Below, one piece after another: positions 52,020 to 61,300 of a stretch of 64,000 bases of DNA; position 1 is the stretch's first letter; the number at the start of each line of letters is the position of its first letter. The position numbers and the translations under genes were made by a program. This stretch comes from a virus, in IMG/VR virus record IMGVR_UViG_3300050506_000187, positions 1 through 64,000 of that record; one strand, 5' to 3'. Below the pieces are notes generated by a model. It had not been told where the DNA came from and did not search any database. It saw only the letters and a program-made list of their open reading frames with translations.

Positions 52020-53722
52020 ACACGGTAATCGATACACTTTTTCTACGTCGACCGAAGATTGATTATTTGTCTCCTCCGGTGTGCGAGGCGATCTTTTCAA
52101 ATTCTGGGTCTCCGGTCATCATTCTACCGGATATTGCGCATACTCCCGGACCGACCGGACTCGTCATCGGCGGACGTGGAAAATTCACCTTGCGATGGAA
52201 TGCGTATCCGGGCGCGTTGTGTTATAACGTATATTCTCAAATCAATTTTGATTTTAGTCTGGCATGCTCGGACCAACATGTCATTGCCGCAGGCGCGCAA
52301 TACGCGATTCTCGCAGAATGCCAACAGGGCACGTCCATCGACTTGCCGCAACCCGGATGTTATCGCATCACGGCGATTACCCCGGACGGCGAATCCGAAT
52401 TAAGCGCCGCAGTTTGCACTTGTGATTGTCCGAATTGTGTGTGTCCCGATGGAACGACTTTTTATCCGGACTTTAACGAGTGCCTTTGCTCACCTCAATC
52501 ATGCCCCTCCGGACAAGTGTGGGACCCGATTATTTGTGAATGTGTCGGTTGTGGGTCTCAACATTGCCCGCCAAGCTTTTTTCCGGACCCATTGAATCCG
52601 TGCAACTGTGTTACGGGCGGAGGTGGTCCGGTTCAGGTTTGTAACCAAGAGCAGACGGCGACGTGTCCCGAGGGTGAGACCGGCGATCCGGTTACAATTC
52701 CGGCGGGAACTTTTTGCACGATGGCCCCCAATCGATTACCGGATACGATTGCAGCGGCTCAGGCCGCGATGAATGCCGAAGCGTTAGCTGCTGCGCAAGA
52801 TGAGTTAGTTTGCACTCCGAATTCCGGGTATAAAATTTGTCAGTGGCCGGAAAAACGAGATCAAATCACGTTTTCTTTGTGTGACCCATCGGTTGCGCCG
52901 GAATGGAACGGGGTATTCGATAAGCAATCAACGTGGATGCAGGGACCCCTTTGGTATTTTACCGGACAATCGATTCTCGGTAACAGCGTTGCGGCGGACG
53001 AAGCCCCGGATTATCCCGGAGGCGATTGGCAGGATAACGATTGCTTTGCGCAACTTTTCTTCAATGCAGCGTCGCATAATTGGCATCTATGGATAGTTTG
53101 CACGAACTGCCCGGCTCCCGGATATGCGTGGGAAGGTGTGTTGGCGCAAGATGATCCGAACAATGCTGCCGGGGTATACACTAATGTTGCGCCCGGAACC
53201 GGTCCGGATACGATGACAGTCGTTCCGATTTCTGGAACGTGTTGCGCGGATTGGAATACGCTCTCGTGGACTGCTCCGTCTTATTCACTCGGAACCGGCT
53301 CGACTGCGTCGGCCACAGTCGCAAACAATGGCGGGCACATGCAGGCATTTGACCCGCCGGGATTCTCCGGTGCCGCAATTCGTGACGCGGTCGGTAGCAT
53401 GCATTATACCGGTCCGGGATGCGATTGTAATTTGCACGTAACGATAAATCAATGGGATGGAAATGGTCTATCGTTTATGAATATCGCAATCCTCATCCGT
53501 CAAGACGGTGTGGATATGCTGTCGTTTATCAAAAACCAAGTTGATATTCCGCCGGGGACCCCGGGTCCGATTGTGTTCGATACTCCGTTTACTATTAACG
53601 GCGGAACGAATTCCCTCATTGAAGTGCTCGGTGCAGGCGCGCTCGGAACATGGCTGAATGCGACCGCCGGAGCCGGGGCCAATGTTACGATTAACTTCGA
53701 CTTCAGTATAGCACCGCAATGA
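52016..53722 (+). CDS. structural protein with Cys-rich repeat segment
   Basis: 568 aa containing CTCDCPNCVCPDG...CLCSPQSCPSG...CECVGCGSQHCPP...CNCV. Confidence 0.6.
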   Translation: MNTVIDTLFLRRPKIDYLSPPVCEAIFSNSGSPVIILPDIAHTPGPTGLVIGGRGKFTLRWNAYPGALCYNVYSQINFDFSLACSDQHVIAAGAQYAILAECQQGTSIDLPQPGCYRITAITPDGESELSAAVCTCDCPNCVCPDGTTFYPDFNECLCSPQSCPSGQVWDPIICECVGCGSQHCPPSFFPDPLNPCNCVTGGGGPVQVCNQEQTATCPEGETGDPVTIPAGTFCTMAPNRLPDTIAAAQAAMNAEALAAAQDELVCTPNSGYKICQWPEKRDQITFSLCDPSVAPEWNGVFDKQSTWMQGPLWYFTGQSILGNSVAADEAPDYPGGDWQDNDCFAQLFFNAASHNWHLWIVCTNCPAPGYAWEGVLAQDDPNNAAGVYTNVAPGTGPDTMTVVPISGTCCADWNTLSWTAPSYSLGTGSTASATVANNGGHMQAFDPPGFSGAAIRDAVGSMHYTGPGCDCNLHVTINQWDGNGLSFMNIAILIRQDGVDMLSFIKNQVDIPPGTPGPIVFDTPFTINGGTNSLIEVLGAGALGTWLNATAGAGANVTINFDFSIAPQ

Positions 53723-53730
53723 TTTTTGGA

Positions 53731-53743
53731 TGACTATTTAGAG
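53731..53743 (+). promoter_or_regulatory. rightward start-proximal motif, instance 7 (TGACTATTTAGAG)
   Basis: ATG at 53751. Confidence 0.4.
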
Positions 53744-53750
53744 TAATTCT

Positions 53751-54575
53751 ATGAGCCTGAAAGCCACAAATTTATATATCTCGATGTCGCAAATCCCGGC
53801 GACGTTCAAAGGAACGCCGCAGGATTTCGCCGCCGCGATGGTGTCGCGCATGAAGATTCTGTCTCCGAACGGGGCCAATTTTATCTTCATCGGTGACGTT
53901 GAACCGACGAGCAATGTAGGCCCATGGTTGCGCGGAGGGACGAAATGGTATGTCTGGGATGATACCATCAAACGATACGTTCCCCTCGATATATCCGACT
54001 CAGAAACGAAATGGTTTTGGATTGGAAGTTCAACTCCGACCAGCACTCCTCCGCAAGTCTGGTTGCGGACGACCAAAGACGCGACGGACCAAGACCCGAG
54101 TCATGGAGACCCGGTGGGGTGGTATGTATTCGATGGAACTAACTGGGTTGCGTTCAACAGCGTCGTCATGTCTGGTCCGACCGCGAGCCGACCGGTTAAT
54201 CCGGTTGAGTTTCAGCAATTCTACGATTCCGACATCGGCGTGCTAATTTGGTTCGAGCGAGGCGAATGGCGAACAGTCGCCGGAGTGCCGGGAGACGTCA
54301 AGTTTGTTGCCTACGAACAATTGAGCGATGCGTTGAGATTCAATCCCGGATGGGAAGTTTTCGGAAGCACGAATCAGTCGTGGCGCGGTCGGCTCATCGT
54401 TCAAGCGGCCAAAGATGCCGGGGCATCACCGGTTACGGTTTTGAGCGTTGGTCCGGGAATCACACCTCGCGGTGCATTCGAGACCTTCGGCGAGGATTCC
54501 GGCATCAAAGTAGATAATACGTCTACGTTGAAATACCCCGGAACTATCGGTCTTTGGACTCTCGTTAAGAACTAA
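53751..54575 (+). CDS. tail fibre-like protein (collar-domain-like segment)
   Basis: 274 aa. VAGVPGDVKFVAYEQL...NPGWEVFG resembles tail-collar motifs. Confidence 0.5.
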   Translation: MSLKATNLYISMSQIPATFKGTPQDFAAAMVSRMKILSPNGANFIFIGDVEPTSNVGPWLRGGTKWYVWDDTIKRYVPLDISDSETKWFWIGSSTPTSTPPQVWLRTTKDATDQDPSHGDPVGWYVFDGTNWVAFNSVVMSGPTASRPVNPVEFQQFYDSDIGVLIWFERGEWRTVAGVPGDVKFVAYEQLSDALRFNPGWEVFGSTNQSWRGRLIVQAAKDAGASPVTVLSVGPGITPRGAFETFGEDSGIKVDNTSTLKYPGTIGLWTLVKN

Positions 54576-54582
54576 AAACGGG

Positions 54583-54595
54583 TGACTATTAACGG
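54583..54595 (+). promoter_or_regulatory. rightward start-proximal motif, instance 8 (TGACTATTAACGG)
   Basis: ATG at 54596. Confidence 0.4.
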
Positions 54596-55045
54596 ATGGG
54601 ATACTCAGTTCGACGATTGCGAATGAAAGAATTTGGCCCGGTCATGGCAGAGATTTGGAAGACTTGGGGAGACACAGTGTCATACCCCGGCGGTCCGATT
54701 TCGCCTTTATTTCTGATTGAGTCTTTTCAGAAACTCATCGACAACGGGACTGGCCGGGCATACGGACTTTTTTCGCAGGATTATCCTGCCGGAATATTGC
54801 TGGGAATGTTGGTTCCGGACATGATGACGGGACGGTTGCAGGGCGTGGAATATCTTTGGGCGGTTGATCCGGCTCATCGCGGAATTCCATCGTTGCAGCT
54901 ACTCAGACGGTTCGAGCAGGATTGCGCGGACTCTCATTGCGAGGGCATCGTTGCCGGGTTCCGGGACAGATCGAATGACCTTGAAAAGATTTACGACCGT
55001 CGGGGATATGTTCCTTACGGAAAATCTTTTTTCAAGGCGCTATAA
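54596..55045 (+). CDS. GNAT-family acetyltransferase-like protein
   Basis: VEYLWAVDPAHRGIPSLQLLRRFEQDCADSHCEGIV and YDRRGYVPYG. Confidence 0.6.
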   Translation: MGYSVRRLRMKEFGPVMAEIWKTWGDTVSYPGGPISPLFLIESFQKLIDNGTGRAYGLFSQDYPAGILLGMLVPDMMTGRLQGVEYLWAVDPAHRGIPSLQLLRRFEQDCADSHCEGIVAGFRDRSNDLEKIYDRRGYVPYGKSFFKAL

Positions 55046-55048
55046 TTT

Positions 55049-56041
55049 ATGGGTGAGATTTTTTCAGCCGCCGGTCAAGTAGGAGCCGCCGAAATTTCGG
55101 CTGAAGCCAGTCGCGAAGCTACGCAAATGCAGCTTGATGCCCTCGCGCGTCAGAGGCAGTTTGTTTATCAGAATCTCGATCCTAGCCTTATCGGCCCTAT
55201 GGCTTCTGCCGCCGACGCGACCAATGCCGCAAACCGGCTCGCGTTACAAGGCCAGCTTGATCCCGCTTTACTGGCTCAACGATACGCCGCAGAAAACGCA
55301 ATCGGAAATGCCTCCGGTCAAATTGGCGTTGATTCCGGGAAGATTTCTCAGCAGGCGATAAACGAAGCTACGGCATCCGGCCCGGCGATGACGGCGGCTA
55401 AGAACCGTTTGATTGACGCCGCAAATCAGCAACTCAACCTCGGGGCGTCGCTGCCTCCGGACGTGCAAGCGGAATTGGTCAAAGCCGGTTTGGAAAAAAC
55501 CGGCATGGTGACTCAGCGCGCCGGTGGTCAAGGTGTCGGCGGAAATGTGTTGAGAACCATTCTCGGGACCGCCGGAATTCAGTTACAGCAACAGCGACAG
55601 CAGCAGGCTTCTGGCTTGCTCACCGCTGCGCAGAATCTTGATACTCAGCGACAGAATATTTTGCAGAGCCTTTTTCCAAGTCTCGCGAATACGCAACTTA
55701 AAAATCTCGCCGGTCAGCAAGGGGTATTGCAGCAATCAAATAGTATGTTGCCCGGAGGTGGGCTCAGCGGAACCGATGTTGCTAATCTCTGGCTTGCGCG
55801 CGTCGGTGCGACTAATCAACTCGCGTCGAATGCCGCGAACGTCGCCGCTCAGGGAACGATGGCACAAGGAAACGCTTTTGCGAACGCCCTCGGAGCAATT
55901 GGCGGAGGTCTGGGCGGCGCATATAACAACGGGACTCTCGGTAGTGTAGGCCGGACGGTGTCCGGATGGTTTTCGTCTCCGTCCTCGTCCTATGGCAATT
56001 CCCCCGATTACAACGGACTCGGAGATTACGCAGGAGAATAA
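55049..56041 (+). CDS. Gln/Ala/Gly-rich internal virion protein candidate
   Basis: 330-aa low-complexity ORF. Confidence 0.55.
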   Translation: MGEIFSAAGQVGAAEISAEASREATQMQLDALARQRQFVYQNLDPSLIGPMASAADATNAANRLALQGQLDPALLAQRYAAENAIGNASGQIGVDSGKISQQAINEATASGPAMTAAKNRLIDAANQQLNLGASLPPDVQAELVKAGLEKTGMVTQRAGGQGVGGNVLRTILGTAGIQLQQQRQQQASGLLTAAQNLDTQRQNILQSLFPSLANTQLKNLAGQQGVLQQSNSMLPGGGLSGTDVANLWLARVGATNQLASNAANVAAQGTMAQGNAFANALGAIGGGLGGAYNNGTLGSVGRTVSGWFSSPSSSYGNSPDYNGLGDYAGE

Positions 56042-56044
56042 AAT

Positions 56045-56683
56045 ATGCCGGTCAATACAATTAATGGATGGACGAGCATGGGGCTGAGCCCTTCATATTC
56101 AGTTCTAGCGTCGATTTTGCATAGTGCTGGCGGGACACCGACGCAAGCCGCAACTCCGGCCCCGGCCTCGACGAGCACATCGGCTCCGAAAAATATTCTG
56201 CCCGGGGTAACGCCGATGCCCAAAAATCCCTATGGCGGCGGATTTGCCGGAGGCGCGACGTATGGCACAGGTTCACTTATTCCGAATGGCCGGTCTCCAA
56301 TTAATTCTGCGTTGAACCCGCAGGAAGCTTATTCCCAGTATTTGCAAAACCGTGCAATTTTGGAAGGTTCGACACCGCAACAGAGCGCGTATAATATCGC
56401 GGTGTATCAACATCAGCTTTTGAATGACGCGGACCCCAGCGGAATTTGGAGAAATCCGGACGCGGGTCAGATTGGTCGGCCTCAAGATGCTTTTTTGCAG
56501 CAGCAGCAATTTCAATCTGATCTTGCAACGCGCATGTTTAATACTGCGTCACCTTATTCTTATGCTCAAGGTGTCGCTCCGGCGAACGCTCCGGCTCCTC
56601 CGCCTCGTAGCACCGGATATTCATCCGGGTGGACTCCCGCAGGTGGTGGGTTCGGATTTGGCGGCGGTGGATTCGGTTACTAA
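56045..56683 (+). CDS. Gly/Pro/Gln-rich virion protein candidate
   Basis: 212-aa ORF. Confidence 0.55.
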   Translation: MPVNTINGWTSMGLSPSYSVLASILHSAGGTPTQAATPAPASTSTSAPKNILPGVTPMPKNPYGGGFAGGATYGTGSLIPNGRSPINSALNPQEAYSQYLQNRAILEGSTPQQSAYNIAVYQHQLLNDADPSGIWRNPDAGQIGRPQDAFLQQQQFQSDLATRMFNTASPYSYAQGVAPANAPAPPPRSTGYSSGWTPAGGGFGFGGGGFGY

Positions 56684-56691
56684 GGAAATTT

Positions 56692-56964
56692 ATGGCATAC
56701 GGCGAAACAATCGGCGCTCTCGATCACATCGCGAATCATCTCAATGCGGCTCCGCCTAATCCGGCGCTTGCGCGGATAACGGACCACATGAACCGGACTC
56801 AAATCGCGATGGATAAAAACCATCAATCGATTATCGGAGCATTGCAGCATCCGAATTATAACGAGGACCATGTCAACGAATTGCTTGAGGCGCAACAGCG
56901 GCACAAGCACAACATGGAATACCTGAAAAAACTTCACGGTCATCTCAGCGGCGGAAAAGCGTAA
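56692..56964 (+). CDS. hypothetical His-rich protein
   Basis: Internal ATG at 56692 (MAYGETIGALDHIANHL...). Confidence 0.5.
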   Translation: MAYGETIGALDHIANHLNAAPPNPALARITDHMNRTQIAMDKNHQSIIGALQHPNYNEDHVNELLEAQQRHKHNMEYLKKLHGHLSGGKA

Positions 56965-56972
56965 AAAATTTT

Positions 56973-58367
56973 ATGCCCGGATTTGGTTCTGAATCTCAAA
57001 CTCCTTTGTCGGCGGGGCTATCGGCTCAGCCTCTTGTTACTCCAATCACACCGGCAGCGACGCCGGACGCGGTTGCTAAGCTAACAGAAGCTTTTCGTTC
57101 CGGTCTGATTACGTCTCAAGACATTATCGACCGAATCGGACCGCTCGGCGCAAGCAAACGAAAAGCAGAAATTCAACTCGCGAACGAAGTAACTCAACCG
57201 GCATCGGTTGATGCACGATTACAGGCGTATAAAGCGGCCTCGGAACAAGCGCGATTGCAGCAGTTGCAGGGAGCCGCCGGAATCGGACTCGTCGAACCGG
57301 AATCCAATCTCAAGGCGTCTCAAATCGCCGCAGCGCAATCGCTGGTTGAGCCTCAGCGGGAGCTAACGGCACAACAATTGTCCCTTGCGGCGAAGTATAT
57401 GTATCCGCAAGCGGTGCTGGGTCTCGTTCAGCAACGACTCAAGCCGGTCAAGACCGTTGAGCGTATCAATCCGGACGGAACAAAATTTTCTCAGGATTAC
57501 AACGACATCGGCGAAGATATTACCCCGGGGTCTCCGGCGCACAAGTTTTTGACGGATACGGCGAAGAATGTTTTCAACATGTCGCCCGGGACGGCGGCGC
57601 TCGTTCCTCCGGCTTCGGCGGCTACTCCGGATGTCACCCCGGGAGTCACCCCGGATGTGACCCCGAAAAATGAGGTGGTGCCTGCGACTGCGCCGACTAT
57701 TCCCGTAGACAATACTGGATACACTCCGGGTATGGGAATTCAAACCGGGTTGTCAAAGGATTACCAAACTCCTGCCGAAATCGGCTCAGACTTGCGAAAA
57801 CAGGATGCTTACTCTCTTTGGGACAAACAGCAGGCCCCCGCAAACAGTTTCAAAACGAGCGCGCAGGAAATCCTCAACATTCCAGAGAAAGACCAGCTTT
57901 CCGGAAAGGCCAAAATGAACGCGCTTGATTTGAGTCTCGCGGAAAACATTATCAAAATGTATGATCCCGGCGCAGCGATTCGAGAATTCAAATGGGATAA
58001 ACTTGCCGAAGGTCAGCCGTATACAGAAAAACTTCGTAACTTCAAAGCGGAAGTTCAGCGGACCGGAACGTTGACTCCGGAAAGCCGGAAACGCCTGATT
58101 GCGCTTGGGTATGATACCCTAGCGGCGTCCGATGCTGCGGCGTTGCCCCACATTCAACTTGCGGCAACCCGGGCTCAGGCTACCGGTAAACCCTTGGAAT
58201 CGGTCCTCAATCCTCGGGAATTGAGTTTGCTGCGCAATGGACCGGTAAAACCTCCTGCCGGAGTCGCTTCCGGCGCAGCGCAACTACCGCCGGGCGGGAA
58301 ACTCGTCAATATCCCCGGTCGAGGGACTGGGATGCTGTATCCCGGCGGAATTTTCATACCCCAATAA
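56973..58367 (+). CDS. internal virion protein candidate
   Basis: 464-aa ORF containing a (TPxV)n micro-repeat. Confidence 0.6.
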   Translation: MPGFGSESQTPLSAGLSAQPLVTPITPAATPDAVAKLTEAFRSGLITSQDIIDRIGPLGASKRKAEIQLANEVTQPASVDARLQAYKAASEQARLQQLQGAAGIGLVEPESNLKASQIAAAQSLVEPQRELTAQQLSLAAKYMYPQAVLGLVQQRLKPVKTVERINPDGTKFSQDYNDIGEDITPGSPAHKFLTDTAKNVFNMSPGTAALVPPASAATPDVTPGVTPDVTPKNEVVPATAPTIPVDNTGYTPGMGIQTGLSKDYQTPAEIGSDLRKQDAYSLWDKQQAPANSFKTSAQEILNIPEKDQLSGKAKMNALDLSLAENIIKMYDPGAAIREFKWDKLAEGQPYTEKLRNFKAEVQRTGTLTPESRKRLIALGYDTLAASDAAALPHIQLAATRAQATGKPLESVLNPRELSLLRNGPVKPPAGVASGAAQLPPGGKLVNIPGRGTGMLYPGGIFIPQ

Positions 58368-58376
58368 CTCGGTTTC

Positions 58377-58391
58377 CCTGACTATTAGGGG
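58377..58391 (+). promoter_or_regulatory. rightward start-proximal motif, instance 9 (CCTGACTATTAGGGG)
   Basis: Abuts the ATG at 58392. Confidence 0.45.
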
Positions 58392-61300
58392 ATGCCCGAC
58401 GCTATTCAATTAACCCCTGCGGAAGTCGCCGCCGCGCAACCGGTAGAACCTCCGGCGGGCACAGTTCAATTAACCCCAGAAGAGGTTGCGAGCGCTCAAC
58501 CCGCAGCGCTAGATGTCTTCAAAGAGTTGAGCCCGGAACAGCTTGTCGAATTGCAAAAACAGTCTCCGGAAGATTTCAATATCGTCAATCAATTTATTTC
58601 GCGTCCGGACTTACATTCCGATGCCAGCATCAAACAAAAAGTAGCCGATGCTTTCGATCTCGCGTCTCAAACTCCGCTGTTAGATACGCTAGCCCCCGGA
58701 AATACGGTCGGAGAGCGCGCCGTCTCCGCACTCAAAACCGGTGGTAAAGGTGTGCTCGGAATCGTGAAAGGCGCGGGCAAAACGGCTTTCAATCTCGCGC
58801 AAGCCGGAGCCACGATGACTCTCGCGCCGCTCGCGCCGCTCGTCGGAACAACGGTCAAAGATGTTCAAGACCAAGCATTGCGGAACCTCGCGGAACAGGG
58901 CATCGCGATTGAAAAAGGAGCCCAAGAAAATATAGGACTCGCAAACGCGGTTGCCAAAACTGCGGCCAGAAAAGTCTTTCCCGGAACAACTCCGGAATCC
59001 CGAGTTTCTGCGCTCGATGAAGAAATCGCAAAACGTCAACAGATGGCGGAAACCCTCGCAGGCCGGGGGCCGATTGAGCAATCTCTGCATACGTTAGCGC
59101 CGCAAGTATTTCCTGCTCCTACGGGCGAAATTGCGCCCGGCGTGTCTGTTCGTCCGGAAAATGTCGAGGGACTTCTCGATCCTGCCTCCTTCGCGCTGCA
59201 AACTACCGCGTTCGGCCTTCCGGGTAAAGTCATTCCCGGCGCTGCGAAAGCTGCGATTGCCGAAGGCGCTGCACGCGTAGGTCAGGCAGCGGCGGCGGGC
59301 GTGGGGCGAGCAATTACCGGAGCCGGGGTGCTGTCTGAACTGGGCGGAAAAGCTTTGAAAGTTGCCTCACCGATTGTCAAACCGATTGCCGCAACTGTCG
59401 GCGCGGTGAAAGGATTAGAGCACGGCGGACCGGTCGGAGCTATTGCCGGTCTTGCACTCGGAGAACGGGCAGGCGCGGCCTCACAAGCTGCGGCGGAAAC
59501 AATTCAAAAGGCCGGACAATCGGTTGCCGATCTCGGTCGTCAGATTTCCGGCGTCAAAACGATTACGTCTCCATACGCTCAACTAGCACGAGACGTGATA
59601 CAATCGACGCCGAACGCTGCCGTCCATACTGCCGCCGGTGCGGCGTATGATCTAGGACTGGCCGCAGCGACATCCGGAGAAGCACCAGAAAATCGAGCCT
59701 CACTCGGTATCGGAACTTTTCTCGGAGCCGCAGGCGGTGCACTTGGTGTTGGCACTCGTGCGTTGAGTGGTCAACTTATTGGACCAAGAGAATATGGAGT
59801 CGGAACTAGGATTCCTTCTTCTGGCAATTTTCCTGCGCTCGACGCGATGCACAACGACGCGATGAAAACTGCTGCGCCCGGAATCGTTGCCCGGCTCAAT
59901 GCGATTCGATCATTCGCGAATGGAGCGGCCCCGGATACCGATGTTTTTCTCGGAACGCAAGATAGCACGGCGAACGCGTTGAAGTCGATGGGGGTCAATG
60001 AAAATACCGCCGCGAAATTCGCGGAGCAAAAGGGATTTTTCACAACCGATCTCATTGGCAAGGATGGCAAACCACACCGCGTCGTCGTGGTCCGTGACGT
60101 GGATAGCGCGCCACACGAGGCATTGCATGCGGTTCAAGATGTTCTCGGCGAATCGGCGAATCAGCGTATCGACCAAATTGTTGCCGAAAATTATACTCCG
60201 GAGGAACGAGCGGCAATCGGTCAACAGTATGCTCGACGAATCTCCGGACCCGGAGACACCCGTCCTTGGCAAGACATCGTTCTGGACGAGACTGGCCGGG
60301 GCAAGGATGCAGAAGCCGAAAAAGGTTCACCATTGACACCCGCAGAGCGAGCCGCCGAAGCCGACAAATATATCTTGCGCGAAATTGCGGCAGAGAATTT
60401 TGACTCAGTGTTTAAACACGCACAAACCGGGAAACCGGCAGTGATTGAGAAACTCGCGAATATTGTCGGTAATGTCGTTACATTACTTGGCGGAAATCCA
60501 CTTGAGGGCCGCACTAGCGCAACTCAACGAATCCCACTTAAACCAGAAGTAATCGAGGCTGTCAATGAAGCTACAAAAAAAGGACCCAAACCCATTATCA
60601 CCCCTTCGGGAAATGGTCCGGAGGGCGCGGCGTCAACTAAGGCAGGCGCGATTCCGTCAACGGATGCTGAACGAACTGCCGCCGCTGCCGACGCTGCGAG
60701 AATTGCATCAGAGGCACCCGGAGCACCCACGGTTGCCGGAACTGCGTCGCCGCGAGAATTACTAGGCGCGATAGCGGAAGCGATTGCACAACGTTCTGGC
60801 GTCAAGATTAACTACTCATCGGCCCCGGAAGAACCGGCAGCGGCAACCACGAGTAATCGGCCAGTCCGGCGCGCGATGATCGAGGCTTTTCGTCAAATGC
60901 CCGAGTCTGCTCGCCGTCTTTGGGAGAAGAATTTCTTTCCGGAAAAGGTCCTTAAAACGAAATCCGGGTATCAAGTCCAAGGATGGGCTCCGGAAATTTT
61001 TGCGTCGAATGCGCATAAAGTCGGACAGTTTATCGTCGACGTGAATCGAGTCCAGCCCGGGACGATTGATTCTCCGTATGAAATTGATCCAAAGACCCGA
61101 AGTTTGAGTCCGGCGGCATGGCAGCAGTTATACACCGACGTTCAAAACTTTGTCTCAAATCAAAAAGCGGGAAAGACCGGAGCCGGTGAATCGCTGGTAA
61201 TCCCGAAACATTTGATCGAGCAAGGGTTTACGCAACCAGAAAAAGCCGGGACCGGCGGCGCGGCGCTTGAGCAACGAAAAGCCGATTTCATTAATGCTCT

